Positions 36,123 through 48,085 of a DNA stretch of 64,000 nt are shown here, in pieces (the stretch's first letter is position 1; every line of letters begins with the position of its first letter). The notes below the pieces were generated by a model. That model worked only from the letters and a program-made list of their open reading frames with translations, did no database searches and was not told the origin of the DNA. Origin of the DNA: Squalus acanthias (Eukaryota); NCBI GenBank assembly GCA_030390025.1, contig CM059433.1, positions 32,180,001 to 32,244,000 on the forward strand. Reading direction: 5' to 3'. Made by a program: the position numbers and the translations under genes.

Positions 36123-37616
36123 TATAAATGCAAGTCTTCCTTTTTTATTGCCTGGGGGAAGGGATTGTACAAACATTGGAGAACCCACCCGATTTTCATC
36201 CCATTCTAACTAATGGGACAAGGATCAAGCTCCACAATGAGCAGGCGAGCCACTCTGCCAGACTATCACCCACACGATGAAGGCAAATATCACCCCCAAT
36301 GTAGTTTTTGACCGACAAGTATCTTTGGTTTCATATCAGCACCAAAATGTAGAAGATGTTTTAGTTATAACTGTGTAGGCTATGCTTTTCTTTTCTGCAC
36401 TAATCAATAAATTAGTATCATTGGTATCAGCACAATTTTGTTTTTATTCTTAAAGGGCTTAGAATTAAAAATGTTGCACTTTAAAAAAAAATACTTCATA
36501 GCCTTCCTTTCCGGAACTCATAGAAACCATTAAAAAAATATTTTTAGGACAAGAGGTTAGCAAAATGCTGATAGTTTACTTCTGATAATTCAGTCATTTT
36601 TAATGCGAAAACAATCCAATAATTTGAAGTAAACAATGTGAATATTAGAGCAAAGTGGGAATTTAGTGCTAACCGCCCCCCCACCCCCCACCCCCCCGAA
36701 TTGTCAGACAATTTGAATTAAACAACATTGATTAAGAGGTTTGTAGTGCTATGGAACAGTGCATTGGGGTATCAATACTCTGAGCTGTGGCTGGTAGGAA
36801 TCCTAGTCACATCCATAGCTCCTCCACACTTTCAGTTCACGAGCACAGCAATGCCACTGTGGGAATAGAGTCTTCCAGCTTCTCCATAGATAAAGGGGGT
36901 GATTCAAGAGAGTCACCCTGGGTTTCTTTTGTGTATCTGCAAGGGATAGTTTCAAAATAGCTTTTGCGAAGGAGTTTGGTCATCCGCCCAACCTTTTGAT
37001 CAGGAGTGGTGTGCTACATGGAGAGGTCGAAGAATGAGAAAAGGGGGAAAAGTCTCACCCTAAAAGGAAAAGCACAATTTCTTCACAATCTACTCAACCT
37101 CTAATACTTGGTGAAATTTATTCATTACAATAGATTTTTTCCATTGAAATATGCTCTTCATTCTCACCTAGTTGGCAATAACTTGCAGTATTGTTTATTT
37201 TTCTGGTATCAAAATCATTCTTATCTTGTCAACAGAACCTCACTGGAGTTAATTATATTAATTCATCATCGCCGTTTACATTGTCAACCAATGCAAATTG
37301 AAATGACAAAATAAGATAAAAACAGTCATTTAACCGGCTTACATGAAGAATGACTATTATCAGAATTACTTAACTTTCGGTGGAGCTGGAAAACCTTTCA
37401 ACAAAAAAGTCAAACCATGAATAACAATTATTCTGGCGACGCATTTCGAGGGTTTGTTTGTCTGCACCATAGAGACTATTTGGAAACTGCTCCACTGTGA
37501 GCTTGCATTTTACAATTAAGTTGATGTACTCAATAGAAGGATTTTCATTAACATGGCAAATACCGTCACAGTTACTTCACTCGCTGGCTACACACCTTTC
37601 AGATTGCATTTACGCT

Positions 37617-37777
37617 GTGGAGCAATTTTAAACTAATCCGGTCGTCTGGTTTTGCACCGTACCCGAATTTACTCTCCATTGAAGTCAACGGGGAGCAATA
37701 TTGGGCGGGTGTAAAACCGGCATTCCACCCGTTTACGTGGGTTTCCCGCCCAGTGGATTAGGTTAAAATTACTCGCT
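37617..37777. mobile_element. ~160 bp MITE
   Basis: Imperfect TIRs gagcaattttaaactaatcc / ggattaggttaaaattactc. Confidence 0.65.
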
Positions 37778-38794
37778 GCAAGTTTAGCGTAGGTATAAAT
37801 ATTTCCCACTTTCCATTATTTACATGAGACTCTTTGAAATGACATGTACAGAGTAAATCAAGAGTTAAGGCTTAACCTGACTGCAGAACAAAATAGTGTA
37901 AAAGTCCTTCCTCCAGAAAGACCGCCCACAATATCTTGATCTGTGCCTCTCACTGGGTGTGGCTCCGAGCTGGGAGCATGCATTTATAAATTCGTCATTG
38001 TAGTGTAAATGTACCCACAGTAGCTGTGGTAAATAATTCTTAACATTTGTTTAGTAACCTGAAATTATAGGCTCAATGACAGGCTTAGTTCATTAAATGT
38101 ATCAGCAGTAGATCTTAAAACGATAATTACTGAAAGCTGCTAACCAAAGCCTGTCTCCTTTTGATAGATGAACTCCACCTACCTGCTCTCTCACCATTTC
38201 ACCCGGTGCTTTCTCTCCTCAGAGGAAGATACAAGGCTATGCAGAGCAGCTGGATTAGCTTTGGATTGTTCTAGCGCAGAGCCAGCACGGGCACAATGGG
38301 ACGAGTGCCCTCCTTCTATTTTGTAAACATCTACGCTTCTATCAGAAATGTGTCTCATTGCCTGTTGAACCCATTTACACTGTCCCCTTCAATATCCTTC
38401 CTTATTACATAAGTTTATTACCCTTTGATAAAGGTACCCCTTACTAGAATATCTGCAGTAATAATTTGATGAAATGCATTTTTACATGAGGACATATATT
38501 ATCTTAAAAGTAAGTGTTTATTAACTTTCAAGTAAATTATCAAGAATTAGGAAAAAATTAATTATACCTTGCTGATAGAAGATAATTTTTTCTAGTTCAC
38601 TGAATAAGGCTCTAAATGACAAATAAAATGGCCAGTCACAATGCACATGTAATAATGACTCTTTAACCTTCAAATAAAATGATTCTTTTAGTTTGTATAT
38701 CTAGCTGTGGAAGGTATATAGGGCATTAAGTATTGGCTGAATAAAAAGTCACAACATCTCAATTTACCTAAAAGGCCCTGCATGTATATAAAGA

Positions 38795-39056
38795 AAAAAA
38801 GAAAGACTTGCATTTATGTAGTGCTTTGCACGACCTCAGGACATCCCAAAGCACTTTACAGCCAATGATGTACTTTTGAAGTATAGTCACTGTTGTAGGT
38901 AGGAAACGTGGCAGCCAATTTGTGCACAGCAAGTTCCCACAAACAGCAATGTGATAATGACCAGATAATCTGCTTTAGTGGTGTTGGTTGAGGGATAAAT
39001 ATTGGCCAGGACACCAGGGTGAACTCACCTGCTCTTCTTCAAAATAGTGCCGTGGA
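38795..39056 (-). mobile_element. DeuSINE 3' part
   Basis: Reverse complement of the Deu core and tail. Confidence 0.85.
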
Positions 39057-40484
39057 ACCATTTGGTTTATTAAATTGTATTGCACAGTAATCCGTTTCCC
39101 CTGTAACTGTACATAATTGTTTTCATGCTTCAACATAACTATTTAAAAACATAACAATTTAGTTGAAATATAAAAGTGACAACTGAACAATTCATTTCTA
39201 GATAGAAAGACTCAATCTGAAATTAAGTAGATGAATAGAATAGAGCCATAGGCATTTCTGTGCAGGTTGGAAAATATAATAAACAGCTCACGTTTTATTG
39301 TGCATAAAAAGTTCTCCTGCTTCCAAAATTATACTTTAAAAAAAAAACTTCTCTCTCTCTCTTTCTCTCTTAACACCCTCAGATTTTTCAATGTTTCTGT
39401 TCTCCAAGGAAGAATAATGATTTTTAAAAACTCACAATCTGTGAACCTGTTCATCAGCAAAATCTCTGCCAGCTGCGATTGGCTGACAGAAATATGGCCA
39501 ACGCTCCCTCAGTGAAATGGATGCCTCACTTGTCCGACGCTGACTGCTTCCCATGAAATGCTTTTCACAATTCTTTATAGCAGGCATCAAGCAACCATTC
39601 TGTTGGTACAATATATTGGTTTTTGAACTTGGCTTTTTATGGGCAGTATCTTAGGAGTTACTGAGCCCGTTTATATAAAGCACCTTTGAAATGACATTCC
39701 GACCACATGGCTATATCAGCTGAAAATAAAGCTCGACGTTTTTATCAATTAATCTTTTTATTTGCTTGTTTTCAGTTCACTGTATTGGCACCTGTTTGAA
39801 CTAGAGTCATATGAAGTACACATTGATCTTTACTGGGGCGGGATTTCCAAGCCGGTGGAGGGGTGCAACAAATTCAATTTATGACTCCAAATATGGATGC
39901 AACTACTATTGTTTATTGTATGAGACCAAGTCCAGATACACACAATGGCCGGATTTTTCCCATTGGAGAGCATGCGGGTTTGGGGGCGGGTCGGCAGTTA
40001 AAAGTGCGAAAATTGACAACGCGTCGGGAACCCACTGTCATCCCACCGACTTCCACCTCTAACTCGGGCGCATTTCGAGGGCCGCCATGGACCCGCTCGG
40101 GGGAGCTGGGTGACCTCATTGAGGTACTTAACTGCTCATTTACAAACCCTTAACAGCCTTTTTAACCTCAGGTTTGGACTTTAACTGGTTGCGCATGTGA
40201 TTCACACACCTCGGGAACCTTGTCTGTGAAGGCAACGCGGGAGCTCAGTGGCCACTGTGCAAGTTCATTAAGTGACAGCTGGAAAAAACACATAAATACT
40301 CACACCTTACACCTGCTTCCTTGCCTAAGGGAAAGGCTCTGGCTGACACCATTTTGTGCAGGGATTTAGCTTTCAGGAGTTTCTGCAACCTCTGAAGCCA
40401 CTCTCACCACATTGCTAGTCACTCTCACTACATTGGAGGATTGTGCCTCTGATCTCCACTTTACCTGGCATCTATTAGATCAGC

Positions 40485-41702
40485 ATGGGTGCCGTTTATG
40501 CTCTGCTTATGCTGTCTCACCTTGGACCTCAGAATCGGACCAAGATGAGCCCCAGCACCAACAACACCAGCCACACCAGCAGCAACCACACCAGCAGTCT
40601 TCTCCTCGCCATCCTGATGCTCCACAACGAGAGGGGGTCAGCACAGGGGTGCACCACACCAGAGGTGATACCCCCAACATAGGGTATACAGGCAGAGGAT
40701 CAGCTTCCTGGACATGACTGAACAGCAGTGCTCAGGCTAGTGTGCTAGATCATGGCAGACATTTGTAGCTTGCTGCAAGAAGACCTGCTGCTCAGAGGAC
40801 CTGGTGGACATGCCTTACCAGTGGCTGTCAAAGTCACCACCACCCTCAACTTCTTTGCCTCAGGCTCCTTCCAGGGATCTGCAGCAGAGATTTTCAGGAT
40901 CTTGCAGCTGGCCGCCCACAGATGAATCACCCAGGTGACCGATGCCATGTTTGACAAGTCAGCCAATTATGTAAACTTTGCCAATGATGAAGCCAGTGTT
41001 ACTGAGCATGCGCTCGACTTTGCAGGTGCAGGGCGTCATCAACTGCACACATGTGGCCATGAAGGCACCCCATCATCAAACAGGAGTGCTTGCGAACCGC
41101 AAGGGCTTCCACTCCCTCAATGTGCAGTTCGTCTACAATCTTGAAAAGATCATCATGCATGTGTGTGCCAGATTCCCTGGCAACTCTCATGACTCTTTCG
41201 TGCTGTGTCAGTTCACCCTCCCTCAGCACTTTGTACCTCCAAACAGACTTACCGGCTGTCTGCTTGGAGACAAGGGCTATCCACTGAAGACGTGATAGAT
41301 GACACCATTGAGAAGACCAAGCAATGAGGCCGAGGAGCGCTATAATGACAGTCACATATCCACCAGATGAGCATGATGAAGATGCGCTTCAAATGCCTTG
41401 ACAGATTTGGAGAAGCCCTTCAGCACACACCAGCCAGGGTCTCCAGAATCATCGTCGTATGCTGCGCGCTGCACAACATAGCGCAGCAGCGAGGATTGGA
41501 GCTGCAGGATGAGCAAGGTGCAGAGCGCACAGCCTCTTCAGAGGAGGAGGAGGAGGGGGATGAGGAAGAGGAGGAACAGGTGGAACACTAGGAGGAGGAA
41601 CAGGTGGAAAACGAGGAGGAGGAGAAACCTGAGGTGGAGATGGCACCAGCAGCGGTGCACATTGCTGCCCGGGATGGCCTCATAATGGCCCGATTTACTT
41701 AA
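40485..41702 (+). pseudogene. Harbinger DDE transposase (frameshifts and stops)
   Basis: [48 protein letters not shown], acidic tail, and ending AARDGLIMARFT*. Confidence 0.92.
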
Positions 41703-41964
41703 CTTGGACCAGTGTACCCATATGGCTCCCAAATGCTGTACCAACTTCGCCACCCCACCAACAACACCACAAAGCAGTTCTACAATGACCAAGCCATTCC
41801 TCTCACTCACACCCCCAGTAATGTCTAACCATTCACTCCAAGTGACAAAGCCACTTCCCAGGTAGCAGGCAAAAATGGACAAGACGGGAAAGTAGTGCAA
41901 AGAAATAAATTTATGTGCATCAGAAATATAGCTGAAACTTAACATTAACATTTTGTCAAACACT

Positions 41965-43256
41965 CATGTGCATACCCTTGGGCATGTACGATTGTGTCTT
42001 TTTTCTTTTCCGAGAGCTTCTACGAGGTGCAACCCCTGTGGCTTCAGCAGAAGTAGAGGCAGGCTGCTCACTTCCCTGTTGCGACTGCTTTGACGCTTTT
42101 GGCAGATGTCCTGTGGGTTTTGGAGCCTGTGAGGGCTCTGCCACAGACTGCTCCTCCTGCAACTGTGCAAGGGTTAGACTCGACCATCGGGATCCGAGAC
42201 AGCATGTGGGGCTCTGACTGAGGGGGAGGCAACGGGGGAGAAGTGGGAGCGCTTTGAGAAGAGCCCCCATTTCCATGTCCCCTCTCACCATCATCCCTCT
42301 CATGGGCCATCTGCACTTCCCTGCTAGCAAGGAGCTGGAGAGCACCTTGCTGCTCATCAGTGGGGCGATGAATGCCCAAGTCTACGTTGGCATCCCTCCT
42401 CGAGATGAGGTCTATGAGTGTCTGCCATCTGTTGTCCACAGCAAGCATGTGCTCATGTGACTGGCACATTTGCTGCTCCATGCAGGTGGCCATCCTTTCC
42501 ATGGAACAGCACATTGGTGCCATCGCCTGCGAGATGGTGGTGCTTATGTTGGAGATGGACTCATCCATTCTCTGTACAGTTGCAAACATCACGGTTGCAA
42601 AAGCTGTCAGAGCCTCGCACAATTGTTGCTGCTCCTCCAAGATCACCCTCTTTCTCGATGGCCCCCGAGGTTCAGCATCTGCATGCAGTTGAGCAGTGCT
42701 TGGAGCGACCTGCGCCCTCCGGCGAGGACTTTCAACTGCTGTCCCTGTCTCCACCATCTGCTCTTGGTCATTTGTGATCTGTGCGACATCAGGTGACAAC
42801 ACTACTCTATCTCGCTGGATCCACCGAGGTGCGCGTATCTGCACTGGTGCTGGGTGCACATGGGTCTGGTGACGGTGCACCCTCAGAGAGTGGAGCTTCC
42901 TCTGAGGAGTCGTCTTCCTCCTCTAGCTGGACAGTGGAGGGGGTGGGGGCACTTGATGGACCTGTGGGAGAGTAAAGAGATGAATTAGAAGTGTTATGCT
43001 AAGAATGGGTAACATTACCATTATGCACATGATGACATCAAGTCACCATGAGTGACTGCTGTATGCCATGTGGCTGTATGAGATTTAATTCTGTCACCAG
43101 GCTGCTGGGGGGTCCCTCCTCTCCGTCTCCCACCGCCAGCAGCTCTGCAACTCCAGAGATTTCAAGTACCTCCTCCTCTGCTGGAGTCAAGTTGGTGAAT
43201 ATTGGAGGGCCAACTCCGGTTTGCTGCCTCTCCTTGTTGTTCTGGGCTCTCTTCTC
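41965..43256 (-). pseudogene. Harbinger Myb/SANT-like gene, exons 2-3 (exon 1 missing)
   Basis: ttcttgcag|EKRAQNNKERQQTGVGPP...EEEVLEI, then ctcccacag|exon 3 (ORF 42068-42880, coiled-coil-like) ending RRSSRKRKK. Confidence 0.82.
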
Positions 43257-43530
43257 CTGCAAGAAGGGAAAGAAGAGAAATGGATGGTCTACATCAGTAG
43301 AGGGTGACAATGAGGGAGTGGCGTGACATTGCCAAATGGCCTCCTTCTGTGGTGTTACTTCCTATGATTGCATAAGATGAGGGTGAGTGTCAGTGGTAGC
43401 TAGTCAGATGGGGGTGTGAGTAAATGCAGAGACAGAGAGGGATAGGTGCACCTGCAAGGTAGGTAGGTGTGAGGATTGACGTGCAGGAGTAGGCTTGGGA
43501 AGGCAGAGAGATGGGGTTGAGGTGACACGC

Positions 43531-44156
43531 TGCAACCTAGGAGCCGGTAGATACCCTGCTGCTGGGGTAGAGATGGCAAGCAGAGAGGGGGTGGGTACAG
43601 ATTGGCTTGTAGGGTCGGGGGTGAATGCGGAGAATCGGAGACAGATCAGGGGCAGAGGTGGGACATTGGGCGGGTCGATGATCGCTGAGGGGGGCTCCGG
43701 TCATGAGGGGCGGTCAGTGATCTCAGGTAGGGGTGGTTCCGATCGTGGCGGGGGATTCTATTCTGCAGGGGGGGGGGCGGGGGGGTTGTCCAATCACAAG
43801 GAGGAAAGCAGATTAGCTTGGAGCAAAGTACTCCTGCTTTTCTGGCCCACAAGCATTGCTGGAAGAGCACTTACCGCTTCCACTCAGCAGTCCTCGCCTC
43901 CCTTTAACTGTCCGGAAATCCAGCCGGCCAGGGTTACACCTAATATGGAGATAAAACTTGAGGCACGCAGCCTCATTAAAATATTCAAATGAGCGACTCG
44001 TCTCCTGGGAGCGCGTTGGTTGCTCGTCCCCAGTCCCGCCTCCGTTAAATCCGAAAGTGGGCGATTTCGAGGTGGGATGTGTCCAGGTTTGAGATTTTTA
44101 AAATTTTTACACCCACCTGACCCAAACCCACCCATTTTTGGGGTTAAAATGCCCCT
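43531..44156. mobile_element. Right part of a different non-autonomous TIR family
   Basis: Ends ggggttaaaatgcccc. Homologous to 57760-57884. Confidence 0.7.
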
Positions 44157-46194
44157 CATTTAAAAAAAAAGGCAGCAAAGTTTCATAAAATTAAAATAAC
44201 ATTCCTTTAAGTTGCACTCTAATTCGATAAACAATGAATCCTCTCATACATTTGTGGTTTCTATTGACATTCCTCTTTCTATTTAAGATAATGGATGGAA
44301 AATCATGCTTATGATTTCCTGACCAGTGGACTCTGCGATCACCAATCCTCACCTCACCAGGAGCACCCGGTTGCGGAGATCAGCCCTATTGTTCCCACTT
44401 TCAGTGCATTCCCGACTGTGGCGATACTCCTCTTAATTAGTTGTCTCACACAAGGTCTGACCTAGAATTCAATGTCTTCTCTCTGTGAAAATCTGAGTAA
44501 GTTTGTCACCATTTGCTTTTAATTTGGTGTTCGATCTCTGTTCTCAGGTGGTTTTAAACTGAATTCGCTCTTTTCTTAAATGCAAATAAATAAAGAATTG
44601 GCAGCAGCCAACAGGGTCAACGGTGGACTCGATACAAACTCATTGGATAGAGAAGTTGCGATCAAAGGAAAGGAGAACCTTGAGCCACAGGAATGCTGAC
44701 AACAATCTCACAGCGTGGGATTGCATGCAATTCTAGGTGAGGCAGGGCCCAACTTGCCTGATCTGACAAGCTGCCTCTGGTTCACAGCTCTGATGGTTGA
44801 GAGCTGTAATAGAACAGCGATAATAACTGTACTCTGTGTAAGTCCAATGCTTTAATCATAACAGATTCTTACTCAAGAGAAAAAAAAACTGTGAAGCGGA
44901 AGGCCAAACTTTCAAGTTAATAGCTCAGTCATTAAGGTTTAGTTTGATGCTCCATCTGCCCAAGGAAATTAGTCATCTTCTAAAAGTATGGCCACATTGA
45001 CATCATTATCCTTTGTGAATTTAATAACATTAGAAATGAAACATGTTGTGATAGTCTGGGTCAAGCTGGTCAGGATACACATTCAACAAATAAAGCTGCA
45101 GGCATAAAGACTTCCAAATAGCAAGTAACACAATCTACCTAATCAAACAGCTACACACAGACAACATCCAATATGAATTGGTGGGGATGAGTCTGATTGG
45201 AGACTTCTTCCTATCGATAACCTCACAGAAAAACACAGCGATCTTTTGAAAATTAACTACCTATAACAAGCAATCAAGACATTTTTAATAACCAATTGTC
45301 AAAGCAGTGAACATTCTTATTGCATTTTTGTTCCCGATTTGCAGTCATACCGAATTTTCTCACAAATTACTGACGGGAAGAATTTCACTCCCACACTCTT
45401 TTTAATGTACATTAACATATCGGAAGGTATCTGGCAGTTAGTTTAGCTGTATTCAAACAAGATGCAGTGTTTTAGTTCCTTTTGATAATGACCATTCATT
45501 TCCATTTCATAAGCTATTATTTAAATTCATTATCAGCCGTTATAATGAAGCATTGGAAAAGAAAACATCTTGAATTATGCATAAGGAATTGCTGAAAAAA
45601 CACAGTTGCATCTTAACAATTGAACCAAATTATAGCCATATGCATTTGATGCCTCCGTGTGACCACAGATCCTAAAGTACAGACAGAATTTATTAAAAGG
45701 ATTAGCTGAAACCATACGTCCAAATTTGTAGTGACTTGATACTTTTGCGATAGATCACAATGGGACTGAGAAAAACTGATGAAATAAATTATCTGAAATT
45801 TATGGATAAGAATTCTGCAGAAAAGTATAAGCATTGAAATCAATGAGTATTTGCCCTGAACTGCTATTATTTACAGACGCCTGTGGTTCCAATTTGACAA
45901 GAACCTGTATGCAGAGTATGTGAAGTAATTTCCTTATCAATATGAAAACACATTGTCCTTAAACCCATAAAACACATTTTGGAACGTCCTACTGGAGTGA
46001 GGGACTTATATCGCAGTGTACAACAATAATTGGTTTACACTACAGCCTTTGAGAGGAAAATAAAATCCCCATCTTAAAAGGCAGAATTTCTCTAAAAACA
46101 TCTTGATTCACATGTTCATGGAGACAGTTAAAAATGTTCTGAAAAAATAATGATACATATATAATATAAATATATACACACACACATACATATA

Positions 46195-46725
46195 CAACAA
46201 CAACTTGCATTTATATAGTGCCTTTAATGTAGTAAAACGTCCCAAGGCGCTTCACAGCAGCGTTATCAGACAAAATTTGACACTGAGCCATGAAAGGAGA
46301 TATTTGGACATGTGACCAAAAGCTTGGTTAAAGAGGTTTTAAGGAGCGTCTTAAAGGAGGAAAAAGAGGTAGAGAAGCGGAGAGGTTTAGAGAGGACATT
46401 CCAGAGCTTAGAGACCAAGCAGCTGAAGGCACGGCTGCCAATGGTGGAGTGATAAAAATTGGGGATGCACAAGAGGCCAAGAATTGGAGGACCGCAGAGA
46501 TCTCAGAGGGTGGTAGGAATGGAGGAGGCTGCAGAGATAGGGAAGGCGAGGACATGGAGGGATTTGAACACAAGGATGAGATTTTTTAAATCAAGGCATT
46601 GCCAGACTAGGAGCCCCCTGTCAGTGAGCACAGGGGTGATGGGTGAATGGGACTTGCTGCGAGTTAGGAAACGGACAGCAGAGTTTTGGATGAACTCAAG
46701 CTCATGGAGTCTGGTCAGGAGAGCA
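46195..46725 (-). mobile_element. L2 LINE 3' end
   Basis: Reverse complement of the L2 end at 12060-12608, with tail caacaacaacttgcatttatatag. Confidence 0.85.
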
Positions 46726-47300
46726 GAAAGACTGCATATAAACTCGGCAAGTCACTTTGGGATATTAAAACTTTTAGAAACAGGAACAAGGGGGGAGAAA
46801 TTCGTGTGGTTTGTGCCACAAGTTAGCGCCACATGATGGCGCTAAAACGTCGTTGACAGTTGTAACTACAGCTGATACTGGTTCCAGCGCCACACACCTT
46901 ATCAGTGTTGTCAGTAGCGCTGCCGGTAAACTCGATCGCCAGAGACCTCGCCATCATGGAGATCGTGACGTCAGTGAGTATGCAACTTCGTTATAGCCAC
47001 TTACCTTAACAGCAGCGCAGAACAACGACAGGGCGTCTGCCAGCAGGAAGCAGGCTGCAGCAGCGATATTTAAAGCCTCCAACCCCAATCAGCTCCCACT
47101 AACATGGTTCTGCAGTTTCAGTGCCTGTTTACTACTTCCTGCAACTGAAACAGTTTTCTTTAGTTATTTCAAGTTTTTTTTGCTGACAGGGAGTATTGAT
47201 TCAAGTGCAGAGGTCACTCATTATTTGTTAAAGGCTTCTGCTCACAACACTTCCTCACTGTCATGGTGGCTGCGGGATTGCAGGATTACCTCAGGAGGAC

Positions 47301-47390
47301 GACAAGGCAGAGGAGGATGAGGAGGAAGAGGACGAGGCAGAGGAGGATGAGGAGGAAGAGGACGAGGCAGAGGAGGATGAGGAGGAAGAG
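47301..47390 (+). repeat. 3 x 30 bp tandem repeat in the acidic transposase tail
   Basis: gacraggcagaggaggatgaggaggaagag x3 (DEAEEDEEEE), followed by GRAVHDRLIRL. Confidence 0.85.
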
Positions 47391-47841
47391 GATGAGGAGG
47401 AGGAGGACGAGGAGGCAAGAAGACAATCGGTCTTCTGGACGGGCTGTCCATGACCGGCTCATCAGACTCTGATTCGCATGAATGAAACCCCAGATTCCCA
47501 TAGCTCTCCACATCCCCATCATACAATCCCTGTCTAATGCCATATCACAGCATCCTCCTGGGCACAAAGGTGAAATGAGCGAGACCACAAAATATTCCAA
47601 ACACACTTAATAAATGTATCTATAAACATATCACACATATCACATGAATTCTAATAATTAATGACCCTTGTGCCTGCCATAGTTGAATAGCTGTCATTGT
47701 ATGCAAGGTGTGAGATATGGGTGTGAGTGTTGCTAGGTAGAGATTGTTGGTGGGTGCGTGCTGGGGGTGTGGTACATTGAGCAGTGTGTGAAGCTTGTGG
47801 TACAGATGATGGTTTGTAACATTTGTTGAAGCATTCACTCA

Positions 47842-48085
47842 CCCTGACCACCCGTGTGAGCTCGTTAAACTTCCTCCTGCACTGTGTGTGGGTTCTGGGG
47901 AGCACAGTGCTGCCCGTAATGTGGTGTGCCACCTCCTTCCACATAGTCTGGCAGACTTGTGGCAAGGGCCTCCTGCCAGTTGGGGAGCACAGGACCGCCC
48001 GCCTGCTCTCCACCGCTAAAACCAATGCCTCCAAAGCTTCCTTGGAAAACCCCCGGGCTCTCATTCTGGGGTGGAGATCTGCCAT
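47842..48085 (-). CDS. Harbinger Myb/SANT-like domain exon (open frame)
   Basis: MADLHPRMRARGFSKEALEALVLAVESRRAVL...MWKEVAHHI...RTHTQCRRKFNELTRVVR followed by a gtgagt donor. Confidence 0.8.

Larger units (their letters stand above)
39947..43530. mobile_element. PIF/Harbinger transposon, right end lost
   Basis: Left TIR ggccggattttt preceded by AAT. Same organisation as 25865-28966. Confidence 0.9.

Noticed and set aside
45718..45920. Small candidate exons (48 nt on minus; DACGSNL on plus)
   Set aside because: The peptides are unrecognisable and the neighbouring putative intron is too short. Insufficient support.
47242..47606. Pro-rich, Arg-rich and Leu-rich ORFs
   Set aside because: Alternative frames of the GAG-rich tandem repeat encoding the acidic transposase tail.
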